Assembly (NCBI GenBank): GCA_036307525.1
Contig: JAXJXL010000025.1
Coordinates: forward strand, 1 to 33,565
From: Faecalimonas sp.
GTDB lineage: Bacteria > Bacillota > Clostridia > Lachnospirales > Lachnospiraceae
DNA: 33,565 nucleotides
Direction of reading: 5' to 3'
Part shown: piece by piece, positions 1 through 9,858 of the stretch
Position numbering within the stretch: the first letter of the stretch is position 1
Layout: every line of letters begins with the position of its first letter
Notes under the pieces: model-generated
What the model saw: only the letters and a program-made list of their open reading frames with translations
Told to the model about the DNA's origin: nothing
Database searches by the model: none
Translations under genes and position numbers: made by a program

Positions 1-41
1 GCGTTGCCTTGTAATTCTTTTTCGATTGATAACATTTCCAT
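1..41 (-). CDS. 5' end of probable IMP cyclohydrolase (PurO-like); runs off the window edge
   Basis: SD AAGGAG then ATG at 41; translates MEMLSIEKELQGN, resembling from memory the N-terminus of clostridial IMP cyclohydrolases (..ELxxNxYPGRG). Only 13 codons are visible. Confidence 0.55.
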   Translation of the reverse strand, partial: MEMLSIEKELQGN

Positions 42-85
42 GAATCATTCTCCTTCTCTTGGGGTAAATTTCCTTTAATAGTTAA

Positions 86-94
86 ATTATACCA
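86..94 (-). promoter_or_regulatory. Extended -10 element (TGGTATAAT) for the edge gene
   Basis: Minus strand reads catGGTATAATttaac = TGnTATAAT, about 45 nt upstream of the ATG at 41. Confidence 0.55.
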
Positions 95-150
95 TGTGCT
101 TTGCACATGCTACGCTCCGCACGGATGCGCACTCCACTTTGTTACGGCGC

Positions 151-176
151 GGTATAATGTCTATCGACATTATACC
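151..176. terminator. 11-bp perfect hairpin downstream of greA (terminator-like or regulatory)
   Basis: GGTATAATGTC-tatc-GACATTATACC; AT-rich stem, no clear U-tract on the minus strand. Confidence 0.4.
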
Positions 177-221
177 TAAAAGCTGATGTAATTACTAGCC
201 CCTAATTTATTAGTATTACTT

Positions 222-725
222 CTAAAATTTGCGCAGTTGTTCTTCTTCATCCGGCGCCGCTGCGCGAATGGATTTAATCTCCACAAAATAACCCGCATTT
301 GCATTGATTTCTATCCAGACTCTGTCGCCCACCTTATGTCCCAACAAAGCCTTTCCAATTGGAGATTCCGTACTAACCAGATTCTTGAGTGAATTCCCAC
401 GAACTGTGGTTACGATTTTAAATTCCTCTACTTCATCGTCATCTTCAAAATACAGTTCTACCGTCTTGTTAATTCCAACCTCGTCATCTTTGGATTCATC
501 TTTTACAACAATTGCCGTCTTAATCATCTTCTCCAGATAACGAATACGGCTCTCATTCTGGTTCTTGGCCTGCTTCGCCGCCTTGTATTCAAAATTTTCA
601 CTCAAATCACCATGCGCTCTGGCGGTTTTCACATCCTCTAATAATTCCTTTCGAACAACACATTTGCGATGCTCTACCTCTGCCATCATGTCGTCAATAT
701 CTTTTTGTGTCAACTCGTTAAACAT
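222..725 (-). CDS. greA: Transcription elongation factor, GreA/GreB family
   Basis: Motifs ARAHGDLSENFEYKAAK and VSTESPIGKALLG. Start moved from 776 to the ATG at 725 (MFNELT), which follows a GGAG SD. Confidence 0.92.
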   Translation of the reverse strand: MFNELTQKDIDDMMAEVEHRKCVVRKELLEDVKTARAHGDLSENFEYKAAKQAKNQNESRIRYLEKMIKTAIVVKDESKDDEVGINKTVELYFEDDDEVEEFKIVTTVRGNSLKNLVSTESPIGKALLGHKVGDRVWIEINANAGYFVEIKSIRAAAPDEEEQLRKF

Positions 726-865
726 ACTTTTTTCTCCAATTTTATTAACGTATATATTACGCTTTTCCATCCGCAAAATGGAGGCTTCTATCGTGTAAAA
801 TTCTTCTCCAAGAATCCTCGAAATTTACCCTTGTACACATGTTTTTCGCAACAGTAAATGACAAG

Positions 866-892
866 GACGCAATCTCATATTGAAATTGCGTC
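866..892 (-). terminator. Putative intrinsic terminator after the HipA-like gene
   Basis: Minus strand GACGCAATTTCA-ata-TGAGATTGCGTC (12-bp stem with one G-U pair), 19 nt after the stop at 912. Confidence 0.6.
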
Positions 893-911
893 TTTTCTGT
901 ATGAATTCATT

Positions 912-2048
912 TTATTTCTCTAACAATATTTTTGCCCTCGCATGTATCTGACCTTCAATCAATTTCAATCGCTTTTCAGGCAAATTATAACGTGAATGCT
1001 TTCGGAATTTAAAATCCAATAATTGTCTAAGTCCTTCTCTATGTTCTGATGTAAGGACTTTTTTAGCTGTTCCTATAAAATCATCATAAACACATGGGAG
1101 TAATGTCTCTGCATAATTTGCAAAAGACTTCTCTGAATCCAAATCATCGCCTGCCGCGTAATTAAACAGAGAATTACCATGATCAAACAGCGGTGCCGGA
1201 GCAACAATTTTATTCGTTTCATTGTCAACTAAGACTCCAAAATTGCCAAAATGTCTATCCGTGTTGCAAATTATAGCATCAAAGACAAACATATCATGTA
1301 ATGACTTCACATATTCTTTGCCAAGTTGTTCATAATATTCTGCTACGGCTTGCATTCCACCTGTTTTCACGATTCTGCCAATCGGCAAGTAAGAGTACTT
1401 CTTACTTGTAAAAATTTCACAAGTAGAACAAAGCAATCCTTCCCATCTGCTAAGATTATAATCAATAGCATTGATTCCAAAAGCTTGCGCCACCTGTACA
1501 GCATAATACTCAGAATAAGGCTCATTTCCAGTATTGCATGCTCCACTCGTGCCGCCCTTGTACAGTTTAATAGTACCCTCAATTCTTCTCCAACACTTTG
1601 GAAGCATACCATTTGTCGTGAACTCTGGACATGAAGCAAGAGATGTGCGCACACTACTACCGTAACCAGTAAAGGCAATGAGCGCGAGTACTTTACTAAA
1701 ACGATTGTCATAAAGATTATATTTCTCAAAAGTACCTTCAAATCCTTCTTCTACTATCCAATAACAATCATTGAGCGATAGCCCCTTGGAAACACGAATA
1801 ATATTCATTGGTCGATTGAAGTTCAATCCGCATTTGCTTAAAAAATTGTGAACATAGGCACGATTCTTTGGAATCGTTCTATGCTTGAGCCACCTTGTAA
1901 TACCCTCTTCTGAAAACTCTAAATCGAGCGGGAGAAGATGCTTCTTTTCTTCATCATACCACAAAATATTAATTTCAGGAGTATTGCTATCTTCCGTAGC
2001 CGAGAAACGAACTAACGGTGTATCAAAATGTCTCAATTCGTAATTCAT
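912..2048 (-). CDS. HipA-like Ser/Thr kinase (HipA_C/CtkA-like)
   Basis: P-loop-like TNGMLPKCW, LYKGG, EPYSEYYA, catalytic CNTDRHFGNFG, Mg-binding APLFDHGNSL; strong SD AGGAGG. Confidence 0.85.
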   Translation of the reverse strand: MNYELRHFDTPLVRFSATEDSNTPEINILWYDEEKKHLLPLDLEFSEEGITRWLKHRTIPKNRAYVHNFLSKCGLNFNRPMNIIRVSKGLSLNDCYWIVEEGFEGTFEKYNLYDNRFSKVLALIAFTGYGSSVRTSLASCPEFTTNGMLPKCWRRIEGTIKLYKGGTSGACNTGNEPYSEYYAVQVAQAFGINAIDYNLSRWEGLLCSTCEIFTSKKYSYLPIGRIVKTGGMQAVAEYYEQLGKEYVKSLHDMFVFDAIICNTDRHFGNFGVLVDNETNKIVAPAPLFDHGNSLFNYAAGDDLDSEKSFANYAETLLPCVYDDFIGTAKKVLTSEHREGLRQLLDFKFRKHSRYNLPEKRLKLIEGQIHARAKILLEK

Positions 2049-2083
2049 TTCCTCTCCTCCTACAACTCATGATTTCATTTATC

Positions 2084-2111
2084 ATTATACATTTTTTCTG
2101 ACGAACTTCAA
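2084..2111 (-). promoter_or_regulatory. SigA-type promoter for the HipA-like gene
   Basis: Minus strand TTGAAG-N16-TATAAT, ending about 35 nt upstream of the ATG at 2048. Confidence 0.6.
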
Positions 2112-2280
2112 GGTGTGTGTTACATTTTTTGTTAAATAGCGTTTCCAATAGATCACTCTAAACCTAGAATTTTTCTGGCATACTCATCTGCACTTTGTTC
2201 ATCTTATTCGGTGTTGTTACATCTTTCTCAACTTCTGTCACAAGCTGAATTTCCTGTGTGGATTGTTCACCCACTAACTA

Positions 2281-2469
2281 CTATTTCTGCATGGAATCCA
2301 CCACTTGCTTGGCTGCCAGGAAATCCTCTACCGTTTTCCCTAACGCTTCGCATGCTTTTTCTAATGACAACTGAAGATTTGTCATGAGATTAGTCACGGC
2401 CTGAACGGTTTCTTTTGCTGTTACTTCTCGTTCTGTTCGTTCTACAATCAAATCGCTTAAATTACACAT
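2281..2469 (-). CDS. Putative internally initiated small Rpn C-terminal protein (RpnS-like antitoxin, 62 aa)
   Basis: In-frame ATG at 2469 (MCNLSDLIVE..) preceded by AAGGAGAGG-cgaaaaac, inside the Rpn coding sequence. Confidence 0.55.
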   Translation of the reverse strand: MCNLSDLIVERTEREVTAKETVQAVTNLMTNLQLSLEKACEALGKTVEDFLAAKQVVDSMQK

Positions 2470-3224
2470 GTTTTTCGCCTCTCCTTCCATATCTGTTTCC
2501 ATCTTCATCTGATGTTCTTTTTCCAAAATCTCTTTCTTTTGCTCAGCTTTTAACTTAGTTGATAGCAACACATTTAACATATTTATCAATTGGTTTTCAC
2601 AGTCAATGTTCTCATCTGTGCATAGTCTTATTATCAATACTGATAACAAATCATAGTTTTCTACACCGGTAAACTTTCCAAAAATATTCTTTTCTTCCAT
2701 AGAATATTCTGTAATAGTATTGGCATATTTCTTCGGCGGTTCCATGCAAAGCCATATCGAGTATACCTTTTTGATATCATCATAATTATCTGGTACAAAT
2801 TCCGTAAATACCTGCTCTGATATCATTCTGGAACAATAAAATATACCTCGACTGCAAAAATGATATCCGGGATAATAGTCCTTTTGCAACTCTATGTTTA
2901 CAATAATTTTAATCTTTTCCTTCTGCGGTGTCAATGCATTAAACCAATATCAAAAGAAAACTCTCCTTCTCCTGGTATTTTGCTTGCCGTGTCCATTCCT
3001 GCGATTTTCTCGTTTTGAGGCAACACACTATGAGTCTCGACCTCTGGTGTTCCTTCGATATAATTTATGATTTCTTCAATGCTGCACTCCTTGTATTCTG
3101 GTACTGAAAATTTCATAATCCTTGCGAGCACCTGTTTGTTACTCACAAGATACTTTGCTCTGGTATCGTACTTACTTTTTGTTTCAGTGATATCGATACC
3201 ATGTGCCAATTGTGTTTTTGACAT
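2281..3224 (-). pseudogene. Rpn family / PD-(D/E)XK_2 nuclease ('putative transposase'), split by a 1-nt frameshift near 2946
   Basis: ORFs 2931..3257 and 2281..2934 join as ..GEFSFDI[R]FNALTPQKEKIKIIVNIELQKDYYPGY..RGIFYCSRMIS..KKVYSIW.. if one base is restored in GATATT^GGTTTAATGCA. Likely start is the ATG at 3224 (SD GAGGAGG). Confidence 0.8.
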
Positions 3225-3246
3225 AATGATTCCTCCTCGTTCACTC

Positions 3247-3291
3247 TGATTTTGCATTTATCGCAAAACACGAAAGACAAATGCAAAATCA
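3247..3291. promoter_or_regulatory. Long hairpin just upstream of the Rpn SD
   Basis: Minus strand TGATTTTGCATTTGTC-N13-GATAAATGCAAAATCA (13 perfect bp, 16 including a G-U pair). Confidence 0.45.
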
Positions 3292-3348
3292 ATCTTATTT
3301 AGTTGTTTCACATTTTGAATTCTTCGGCAGAATTGCCTCGAAAATCAG

Positions 3349-3368
3349 ATGCGTTCTATGGAACGCAT
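3349..3368 (-). terminator. Short hairpin, possible secondary terminator
   Basis: ATGCGTTC-cata-GAACGCAT followed by ctgatttt on the minus strand. Confidence 0.35.
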
Positions 3369-3481
3369 GTAGGCACCTCGGATGATTTGATCATAAATCC
3401 GTGCCTTGTTGTGATATAGACAGCATAGCATGTTTTATGTCTTCATTCAATCAAGATTTTTGTTTGATATGGCTATTAATA

Positions 3482-3516
3482 AATTCGGCTGATACCACAT
3501 GGTCACCAGCCGAATT
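3482..3516 (-). terminator. Probable intrinsic terminator ending the large surface-protein operon
   Basis: Minus strand AATTCGGCTG-gtgaccatgtggtat-CAGCCGAATT followed by tattaat; 57 nt after the LRR gene stop. Confidence 0.65.
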
Positions 3517-3573
3517 GGTCTCTAATCAACCACATGTAACCTGCCCACATGATTTCTTAAAACTATGTTCTTT

Positions 3574-5334
3574 TTATTTTTTATTATTTGTGGTTCTGAA
3601 CTGTATTTTTATAATAACACCTACAACAATTCCCGACAAAGTAATTACACCAAATACAATCAAAGTCAATTGCCAAAAAGAAATTCCCCAGGAAGACTGT
3701 GTCCCTGTCAGAACATATTTATTTCCGGCGGCATCTGTAAGATTGCCATACTCATCTGCCATACTGTCCGGAATCAGTACATCTTCCAATGAAATGCCTT
3801 CCATATCAATTGCCACTAGGTATTTCGTCTGTTTATCCAAGGAACTCAGATAGAACAACGCATCGCCCTGTGCATCAATGATTGTAGACTGCATGATTTC
3901 CCAACTTTTCCAAACAGGTTTCTGACAAATGGTTGCTAAATGTTTCGCATAGGAATATCCCAGCGGAACTGTTACCGTCACTTCAAATGGAATATTTTCT
4001 TCAAATTCCAAGATATAACTCTGCGCATTGCCAATCAATTTCATCTGCGCCTTCGTTGGTTTGCTATTTTTCTTCAAAGTAAATTTTAAATCATATGCTT
4101 TCGACAGCTGGTCTGCATCCAGATTCTCACAGTCAATAATCCAACTGGAATTTGTGCTCGTAGAGATTGTAAGCTTCACCTTATGACCCGCTAGACTTTC
4201 CAGTACATCTCCCGGGATCTTCGTGCTACCATTTAGGTTGACATGAATATCAACCTTATTGACAGTAGTGCTATCATCTTCCAAACGTTCCGGATACTTG
4301 ATATAACTGTCCGTATATTCAAGCATATCATCCCATCCGTCTTTATCATCTATGGTTACATCAATTGTAATATCGTATTCATCCTTACCGATTGATGGCT
4401 TTGTAACATTTACTGTCGTATCAATGGTAGAATCGTCCGTATCTACGATTTCTCTATCAGTCCCAACCACACTGCCATCCGGTTTTTGCGTCACAGACCC
4501 TGTTGTACTGGAACCGACATTTGAACTGTCACCTTCTGACACACCCGTAAAATCCGGAAGTTGACTCTGAATCTGGTTAGAAATCTGCTCGCGTTCCTCG
4601 TCAGTGCCGTCATGATAAGCATTCTTCAGCGAATCACAATCATGGAATGCATACTCACCGATATTCTGTACCGATGAAGGTAAAGAAACACTTGTCAGCG
4701 AAGTACATCCATAAAAAGTCCATTCCGGCAATTTCGCAATCGGACTTTCAATGACTACCTGCATCAAATTATCACAATAAGCAAAAATACTTTCACTCAG
4801 GTTGGTGGTTGTAACCGGTATGCGAATCGTAGATAACGAAGAACAACGATAGAATGCCTGATATCCAATATTCAATAATCCATCCGGCAGTCTCACCGTG
4901 CGTAATGATTCGCATCTTGAAAATGCATTAGCTCCGATGGATTTCAGCCCATCCTGCAACGTTACTCTCGCCAGATTCGTACATCCCGCAAAAGCCATGT
5001 CACCTATCTTTACAACAGTCTCCGGAAAAGAAATACTCTGCAATGAGGTGCAGCCATAAAAGGCCAAATCACCAATATTGGTAATTCCTTTTTTAATGGT
5101 TACCGAGGTAATCTTCTCCCGATTCTCATACCAAGGTGCCATGTTGCCTTCCGTGAAGTTCTGCATGGAACCTTTTCCTGTAATACTAAGTGTTCCATCC
5201 GCACCAAGACTCCATTTTGCCTTGCTACCGCAGCTTCCCGAATCTGCTGCCAATGCAAGCATCTCTACAGAGACAAACAGGAGGCAGGCGGCAAAGACTG
5301 CCGCCAATATTCTATTTTTCAATGAACGTTTCAT
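3574..5334 (-). CDS. BspA-type leucine-rich-repeat surface protein with C-terminal TM anchor
   Basis: Sec signal peptide (..LALA), cap SGSCG..WSL..DGTLSITGKG..APW, about 6-7 IGxxAFxxCxxLxxVxLP repeats, S/T/G-rich linker, C-terminal hydrophobic helix plus basic tail; SD GGAGG. Confidence 0.88.
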   Translation of the reverse strand: MKRSLKNRILAAVFAACLLFVSVEMLALAADSGSCGSKAKWSLGADGTLSITGKGSMQNFTEGNMAPWYENREKITSVTIKKGITNIGDLAFYGCTSLQSISFPETVVKIGDMAFAGCTNLARVTLQDGLKSIGANAFSRCESLRTVRLPDGLLNIGYQAFYRCSSLSTIRIPVTTTNLSESIFAYCDNLMQVVIESPIAKLPEWTFYGCTSLTSVSLPSSVQNIGEYAFHDCDSLKNAYHDGTDEEREQISNQIQSQLPDFTGVSEGDSSNVGSSTTGSVTQKPDGSVVGTDREIVDTDDSTIDTTVNVTKPSIGKDEYDITIDVTIDDKDGWDDMLEYTDSYIKYPERLEDDSTTVNKVDIHVNLNGSTKIPGDVLESLAGHKVKLTISTSTNSSWIIDCENLDADQLSKAYDLKFTLKKNSKPTKAQMKLIGNAQSYILEFEENIPFEVTVTVPLGYSYAKHLATICQKPVWKSWEIMQSTIIDAQGDALFYLSSLDKQTKYLVAIDMEGISLEDVLIPDSMADEYGNLTDAAGNKYVLTGTQSSWGISFWQLTLIVFGVITLSGIVVGVIIKIQFRTTNNKK

Positions 5335-5357
5335 AAGTACCTCCTGTAAAAAATCTT

Positions 5358-8300
5358 TTAGTATGGGTTGTTAATGGTAATTGGGTTAGTAAGTTTGAAA
5401 ACGTAAGTAATATCTGCATTATCTTTATTGCCTGTAATAGATACATATTCTACCTTCGTAGTCCCTAATACTGTTTTTGTACCAACTCTTAAATCAACAA
5501 TCCCTAAATTAATCCCTGATTTACCTACGGACCCTATTGCCGCACTACTTTCTGGGTTCGTTTTAGAGTATGAAAATCCTTCATTGTTATTAGGTATTAC
5601 CGCTGATGCACTACTAAAATCTTTAACGTTACTAATACTGGTTAATACTGATGAAGTTTTATATTCCTTTATGTAATAATATGTTGTCTTATTCCATATT
5701 CCTACCGAAAAATCATCAATAGTTGCCTTCATATACACTGTACATGACAAGTTATTAGTATTTGCATCGATTTGATTGGTCTCATATATATTATACAAAT
5801 TTTGCTTTGAGTATCCGTTTTCATCTGAACAAACACTCATTTGAACATCTGGACTGACACCAGTAACTTCTATTATCGGTGCATCCCACTTATATGTAAA
5901 ACTTGGTAGTACAGAATTTTCGTTCAAAGGTACCTTATCCTTACTTCCAACCTCACTTGTTTCTACCTTTGTCGCATAAGTGGTATTTCCAATCTTAAAG
6001 GTCACTCTATCCAACTTATATGTTCCCATCAATGGAAGATCCATACCGCTTTCTTCATCTAAGATAAACTCAGTCTTATCACTCGGATTTTCCATAAGTG
6101 TTGCTGTGGCAATTCCGTTACTTTCTAATCTAGACATTAAGGTTTCTTTAGCATCACCTTCATAATAATAACCTGCACTTGTCTTACTATTTGTATAAGT
6201 CAAAGAATCAACATCCAACTTATATGTAACGGTTACATCTTTCACGCCGATAGCACTCACTCCACCTTCGCCTTGTACCTTGACAGACAAGCCTTCTGTC
6301 ACCTTATGAACTTCTAAGAATTTCTTATCTGAACTTAATTCTTGTCCCTGACCCGATACAAGAACTGTCATTGTACCATCGATGTTCGTCTTAATGTCTT
6401 TATCACTCACATCAATAATCATCGGATTCTCTTCTGTTGAGAGCACTCCTTCTTGATATGCACCAATGATGCGCAATTCTGTCATTCGCCAATCACCAGT
6501 CTGTAAAACACCAGCACAATCATATTGAGTTTCCAACTCCTCTGTCGTAGGAATGGTGAATTTCCAATCCATAATGTTATCTACAATATTTTCTCCCTCA
6601 TCAAAGATATGAGCCGCCTTAACACCCGGAACTTCGATAGTTGCCTCAACGTTTCCTGCATCATCTAATTTTTCCAGTACAGCAATCGTTTTACCATCTG
6701 CAATCGCGATAGAGTCTGCAAGGACAACTCTCATGGATACATCACTGCCATAAGCAAAAATTGTTTCTTCTGTCAAGTTTCCGTAGTAAGATGGTGGTAC
6801 CGGCGGAATCGCTGTAATAACCGGTGCCTCTGCAGAATTAATACGACTACTTCCAAAAGTCAGATAACCGAACTGATAAGCTCCTGCATATTTTACCTCA
6901 AATTTTCCCTCGTAACGACCGTCTGCTTCCATCCACTCCATTTTACTGAACAAACCATTTTCCGTCAGACCGGAACCTTGTGCCAGATATTGAATACTCA
7001 CATTCTCAAGACCTGTCAACTGATTGCCCTTATTATCCAGAATAGTGGCATAAACAGCTAAGGTTTCCGTCGGATTCCCCGTAAACTTCTCAAGAACCGT
7101 CTTAGATATCTGCACTCTCACCTGCATACCTAATGACAAATCTATCGTTTTTTGCATACTTGACGGAATCTCATAATATTCACCGTTTACCAATAAATAT
7201 TGCAGAGTATACACACCACTGGTTGTAAACTGAGCACTTCCAACCCAGTTAGAAGTATCTTTTTTCCTAAAGTTAACAGTAATCTGCTGATTTTCCGCGT
7301 TACTGAAGATACCCTGTACCTTATTTGGCTGAATACTGTTTCCGCCGAACTGCACCTCAATATCCTCAGAGTAATAGCTTTCTGCACGAAGAATCTTCAC
7401 ATAATTGTTTTCATGCAGCCATCCTACACCTGCAATAGCAAAACCGGATACCTTTACAGTAATCGGTTCGTCTAACTTATACTCCACTCCGTCCAGCCAT
7501 ACGGTTCGGAGTACATAATCACCTGGTGATGCAAATGTTACATTTGCTGTATAGGTATCATTTGCTCCCGGAGTAAAGAGGATGGTCTCCTGACGAGATC
7601 CTTGTGTACTATTAATCTGTCGAATAAAATTCGCTTCCACTTTTGTTGGTTTTACACCGGTAATCGTCAATTTGACCGCCGAAATTAAATCCGTTTCCGG
7701 TGAAAAATCAAAGCGATTCGGTGTAGCAGAACCACTGATATGAATTTCCTCATCAAACACTTCATCGTCTTTGATGGCTTCAAGGTCTACATAACTTCCG
7801 AATTGCAAATTCAGTTTCCCCTGAATATTGCCGTCTGATAACACTTCTGTGTTCGTAACCTTATCTCCATCTATGTAGATTAACGCTGTGATTCGCTTTG
7901 CTTCGCCTTTATTAAGGTCGGTAATCGCATAGATATCGTTGCCGGCTTCGTCCTGTCCCAACTTCGTACTAGCGGAACGAAGTTTCAACGGAACGGTCAC
8001 ACGACCACTCTCTGCATAGAAAGACTCTGTGTTCAAATCTGCGTATGCCAACAATTTCCCTGTGTCATCCACAAACACTACTGTCATAGCATTTAAGATT
8101 TCCAAACTCTGCGCCTGGTCCTGAGGTGTGTCCGCATAGAATACGTAACAACTTCCCCCGCCCTGAGTAGTGCTGTGCTCTGTCAACACTTCATCATTCC
8201 AGACACGATTTTCACCTTCATATCCAATAACCACATCTTCATATGTAATGGATAAATTATCCCCACTCACTTCCTGGCCATTTGTATCATAATACTTACC

Positions 8301-9842
8301 GTCCGGAGCCTGAATAATCACTTCTTCTGTTTCCTGATTGGTAAAATATTTGTTGCCCTGAGCATCAGTCTTATGAACCTTCGTAGTCAAGGTATTACCT
8401 TCCAGAATTAGGTAATCGTTTTCCGCGTTCGTTCGAACCCAGAAATCAATTGCCATTCCGTAAGTATCCGCAGCAACTGGGTCTGTTCCTATAAAGTTCC
8501 CGGTATTATTATTCTTAACTTTCTCAATTTCATCCTGAAGATATGCTGTAGGTGAAGCAGCTGTATACACATCTGCCTTCAAAGTCTGAGTAATAGGAAA
8601 TCCCTTAACTGTAGCTGTAACTGTAACCGGCATATCTTCTGCAAACATATAAGTTCCTAGGCGCTTTTCCATATTAAACAGAGCACCTTCCATAATAATT
8701 GCCTTGTGATCGCCGCCACCCAGTAGCATCGACGCCGCCTCTGACATTCCAATACTTTTTACTTCCATTCCATCTACTACTACTGTATCAACTTTTACAA
8801 GGAAATTGACAATCTTATCCAAGCCATGTTCTGTCCAATAAACTGCAGAGCCATTTTGTGTAACTTGGGTATTTAGTTTTTCCATTGTTGCCATATGCGT
8901 CGCAAATGTTGAACGGTCAGTTTTATAAGTGTCCAATCCTTCAATAGAAACACCATTATTCTTCAAGTCCGCAGCCGATGCACTCAATAATGTTTCCAAG
9001 GTATAAGTTTTGGCTGCTCCACCCATTTTTAACATTGACTGGAGATTGGCAATACGTACCATTGCCTCACCGGTTGTCTCCATACACGTTTCAAGCTCTT
9101 TTAACATAGAATACATCTGAGGAACATACTGCCGAAAATCTGTATTGCTGTCACCGAATTTATCAGTAAGATAATCTCCCATAATCTTACTAATAGCGGT
9201 CATGTTATCAGAATTACTCGTAAGCGAGCCGTACTGGCTCTTCGCTAGGCCTAACTTACTATTCGCATCCTGAAGTCGTTCCACGAAGATTTCCTGTGCA
9301 CCGGCAAAGGTATAGGTAACACTGGAAATAGCGCGCACACCATACTGAGTCGTTCCCGGAACCATGAACATCTTTTTATCTGTGTCATAATTAGTATATG
9401 CAAACTCACTGGTCAAGTCTTCAATACGGCCATCCTCTGAATATTTTGCAGCAAACAACGGGCTGTTTAACAGAGAACTCGTATTCAAGGTTGCTGGACG
9501 CAGCACAATCTCTTCCAGACCATAAGACGGGTCCGATAAGTTAATCAGGTTGCCCCACGTCATATTGCGAAGAGCTAAGTCGAGTTGCCCATCTCCTACC
9601 ATTGATTCATTTGGTCTGCCTCCATCACTTTTTGACAGTGCGATTTCAAGATTACCATTGGCCGCCAAAGTAGTTTCTATTCCTTTAATCTCAGGATTTT
9701 TAGATATCGTCACCCATGCAAAAGTTGCAGAAGTCATCATAATTACTGAAATCAGCAAGAATAATGCAACTGACGTAACTTTTGTATATAGATATGGTAA
9801 TCTTTTCTGATATTCGTCAATCCTGCGTTCTGTCTCTCTCAT
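5358..9842 (-). CDS. Large SipW-cognate secreted protein (1494 aa): core domain, helical insert, Ig-like repeats; candidate tip adhesin
   Basis: Start reassigned to the ATG at 9842 (SD AGGAGG). Hydrophobic stretch ends SATFA|WVTISKNPEIKGIETTLAANGNLEIAL; clear paralog of 20623..22647. Confidence 0.8.
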   Translation of the reverse strand: MRETERRIDEYQKRLPYLYTKVTSVALFLLISVIMMTSATFAWVTISKNPEIKGIETTLAANGNLEIALSKSDGGRPNESMVGDGQLDLALRNMTWGNLINLSDPSYGLEEIVLRPATLNTSSLLNSPLFAAKYSEDGRIEDLTSEFAYTNYDTDKKMFMVPGTTQYGVRAISSVTYTFAGAQEIFVERLQDANSKLGLAKSQYGSLTSNSDNMTAISKIMGDYLTDKFGDSNTDFRQYVPQMYSMLKELETCMETTGEAMVRIANLQSMLKMGGAAKTYTLETLLSASAADLKNNGVSIEGLDTYKTDRSTFATHMATMEKLNTQVTQNGSAVYWTEHGLDKIVNFLVKVDTVVVDGMEVKSIGMSEAASMLLGGGDHKAIIMEGALFNMEKRLGTYMFAEDMPVTVTATVKGFPITQTLKADVYTAASPTAYLQDEIEKVKNNNTGNFIGTDPVAADTYGMAIDFWVRTNAENDYLILEGNTLTTKVHKTDAQGNKYFTNQETEEVIIQAPDGKYYDTNGQEVSGDNLSITYEDVVIGYEGENRVWNDEVLTEHSTTQGGGSCYVFYADTPQDQAQSLEILNAMTVVFVDDTGKLLAYADLNTESFYAESGRVTVPLKLRSASTKLGQDEAGNDIYAITDLNKGEAKRITALIYIDGDKVTNTEVLSDGNIQGKLNLQFGSYVDLEAIKDDEVFDEEIHISGSATPNRFDFSPETDLISAVKLTITGVKPTKVEANFIRQINSTQGSRQETILFTPGANDTYTANVTFASPGDYVLRTVWLDGVEYKLDEPITVKVSGFAIAGVGWLHENNYVKILRAESYYSEDIEVQFGGNSIQPNKVQGIFSNAENQQITVNFRKKDTSNWVGSAQFTTSGVYTLQYLLVNGEYYEIPSSMQKTIDLSLGMQVRVQISKTVLEKFTGNPTETLAVYATILDNKGNQLTGLENVSIQYLAQGSGLTENGLFSKMEWMEADGRYEGKFEVKYAGAYQFGYLTFGSSRINSAEAPVITAIPPVPPSYYGNLTEETIFAYGSDVSMRVVLADSIAIADGKTIAVLEKLDDAGNVEATIEVPGVKAAHIFDEGENIVDNIMDWKFTIPTTEELETQYDCAGVLQTGDWRMTELRIIGAYQEGVLSTEENPMIIDVSDKDIKTNIDGTMTVLVSGQGQELSSDKKFLEVHKVTEGLSVKVQGEGGVSAIGVKDVTVTYKLDVDSLTYTNSKTSAGYYYEGDAKETLMSRLESNGIATATLMENPSDKTEFILDEESGMDLPLMGTYKLDRVTFKIGNTTYATKVETSEVGSKDKVPLNENSVLPSFTYKWDAPIIEVTGVSPDVQMSVCSDENGYSKQNLYNIYETNQIDANTNNLSCTVYMKATIDDFSVGIWNKTTYYYIKEYKTSSVLTSISNVKDFSSASAVIPNNNEGFSYSKTNPESSAAIGSVGKSGINLGIVDLRVGTKTVLGTTKVEYVSITGNKDNADITYVFKLTNPITINNPY

Positions 9843-9858
9843 AACTACTACCTCCTGT

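Noticed and set aside
42..100. ZMP/ZTP riboswitch before the purine gene
   Set aside because: The leader between the extended -10 and the ATG is only about 40 nt, too short to hold one.
2281..3291. IS element built around the 'putative transposase'
   Set aside because: No terminal inverted repeats or target duplication flank the gene, and the Rpn family is not a demonstrated transposase.
3494..3552. Three CCACATG direct repeats after the LRR gene
   Set aside because: Only 7 nt and irregularly spaced; too short for CRISPR or a credible iteron array.
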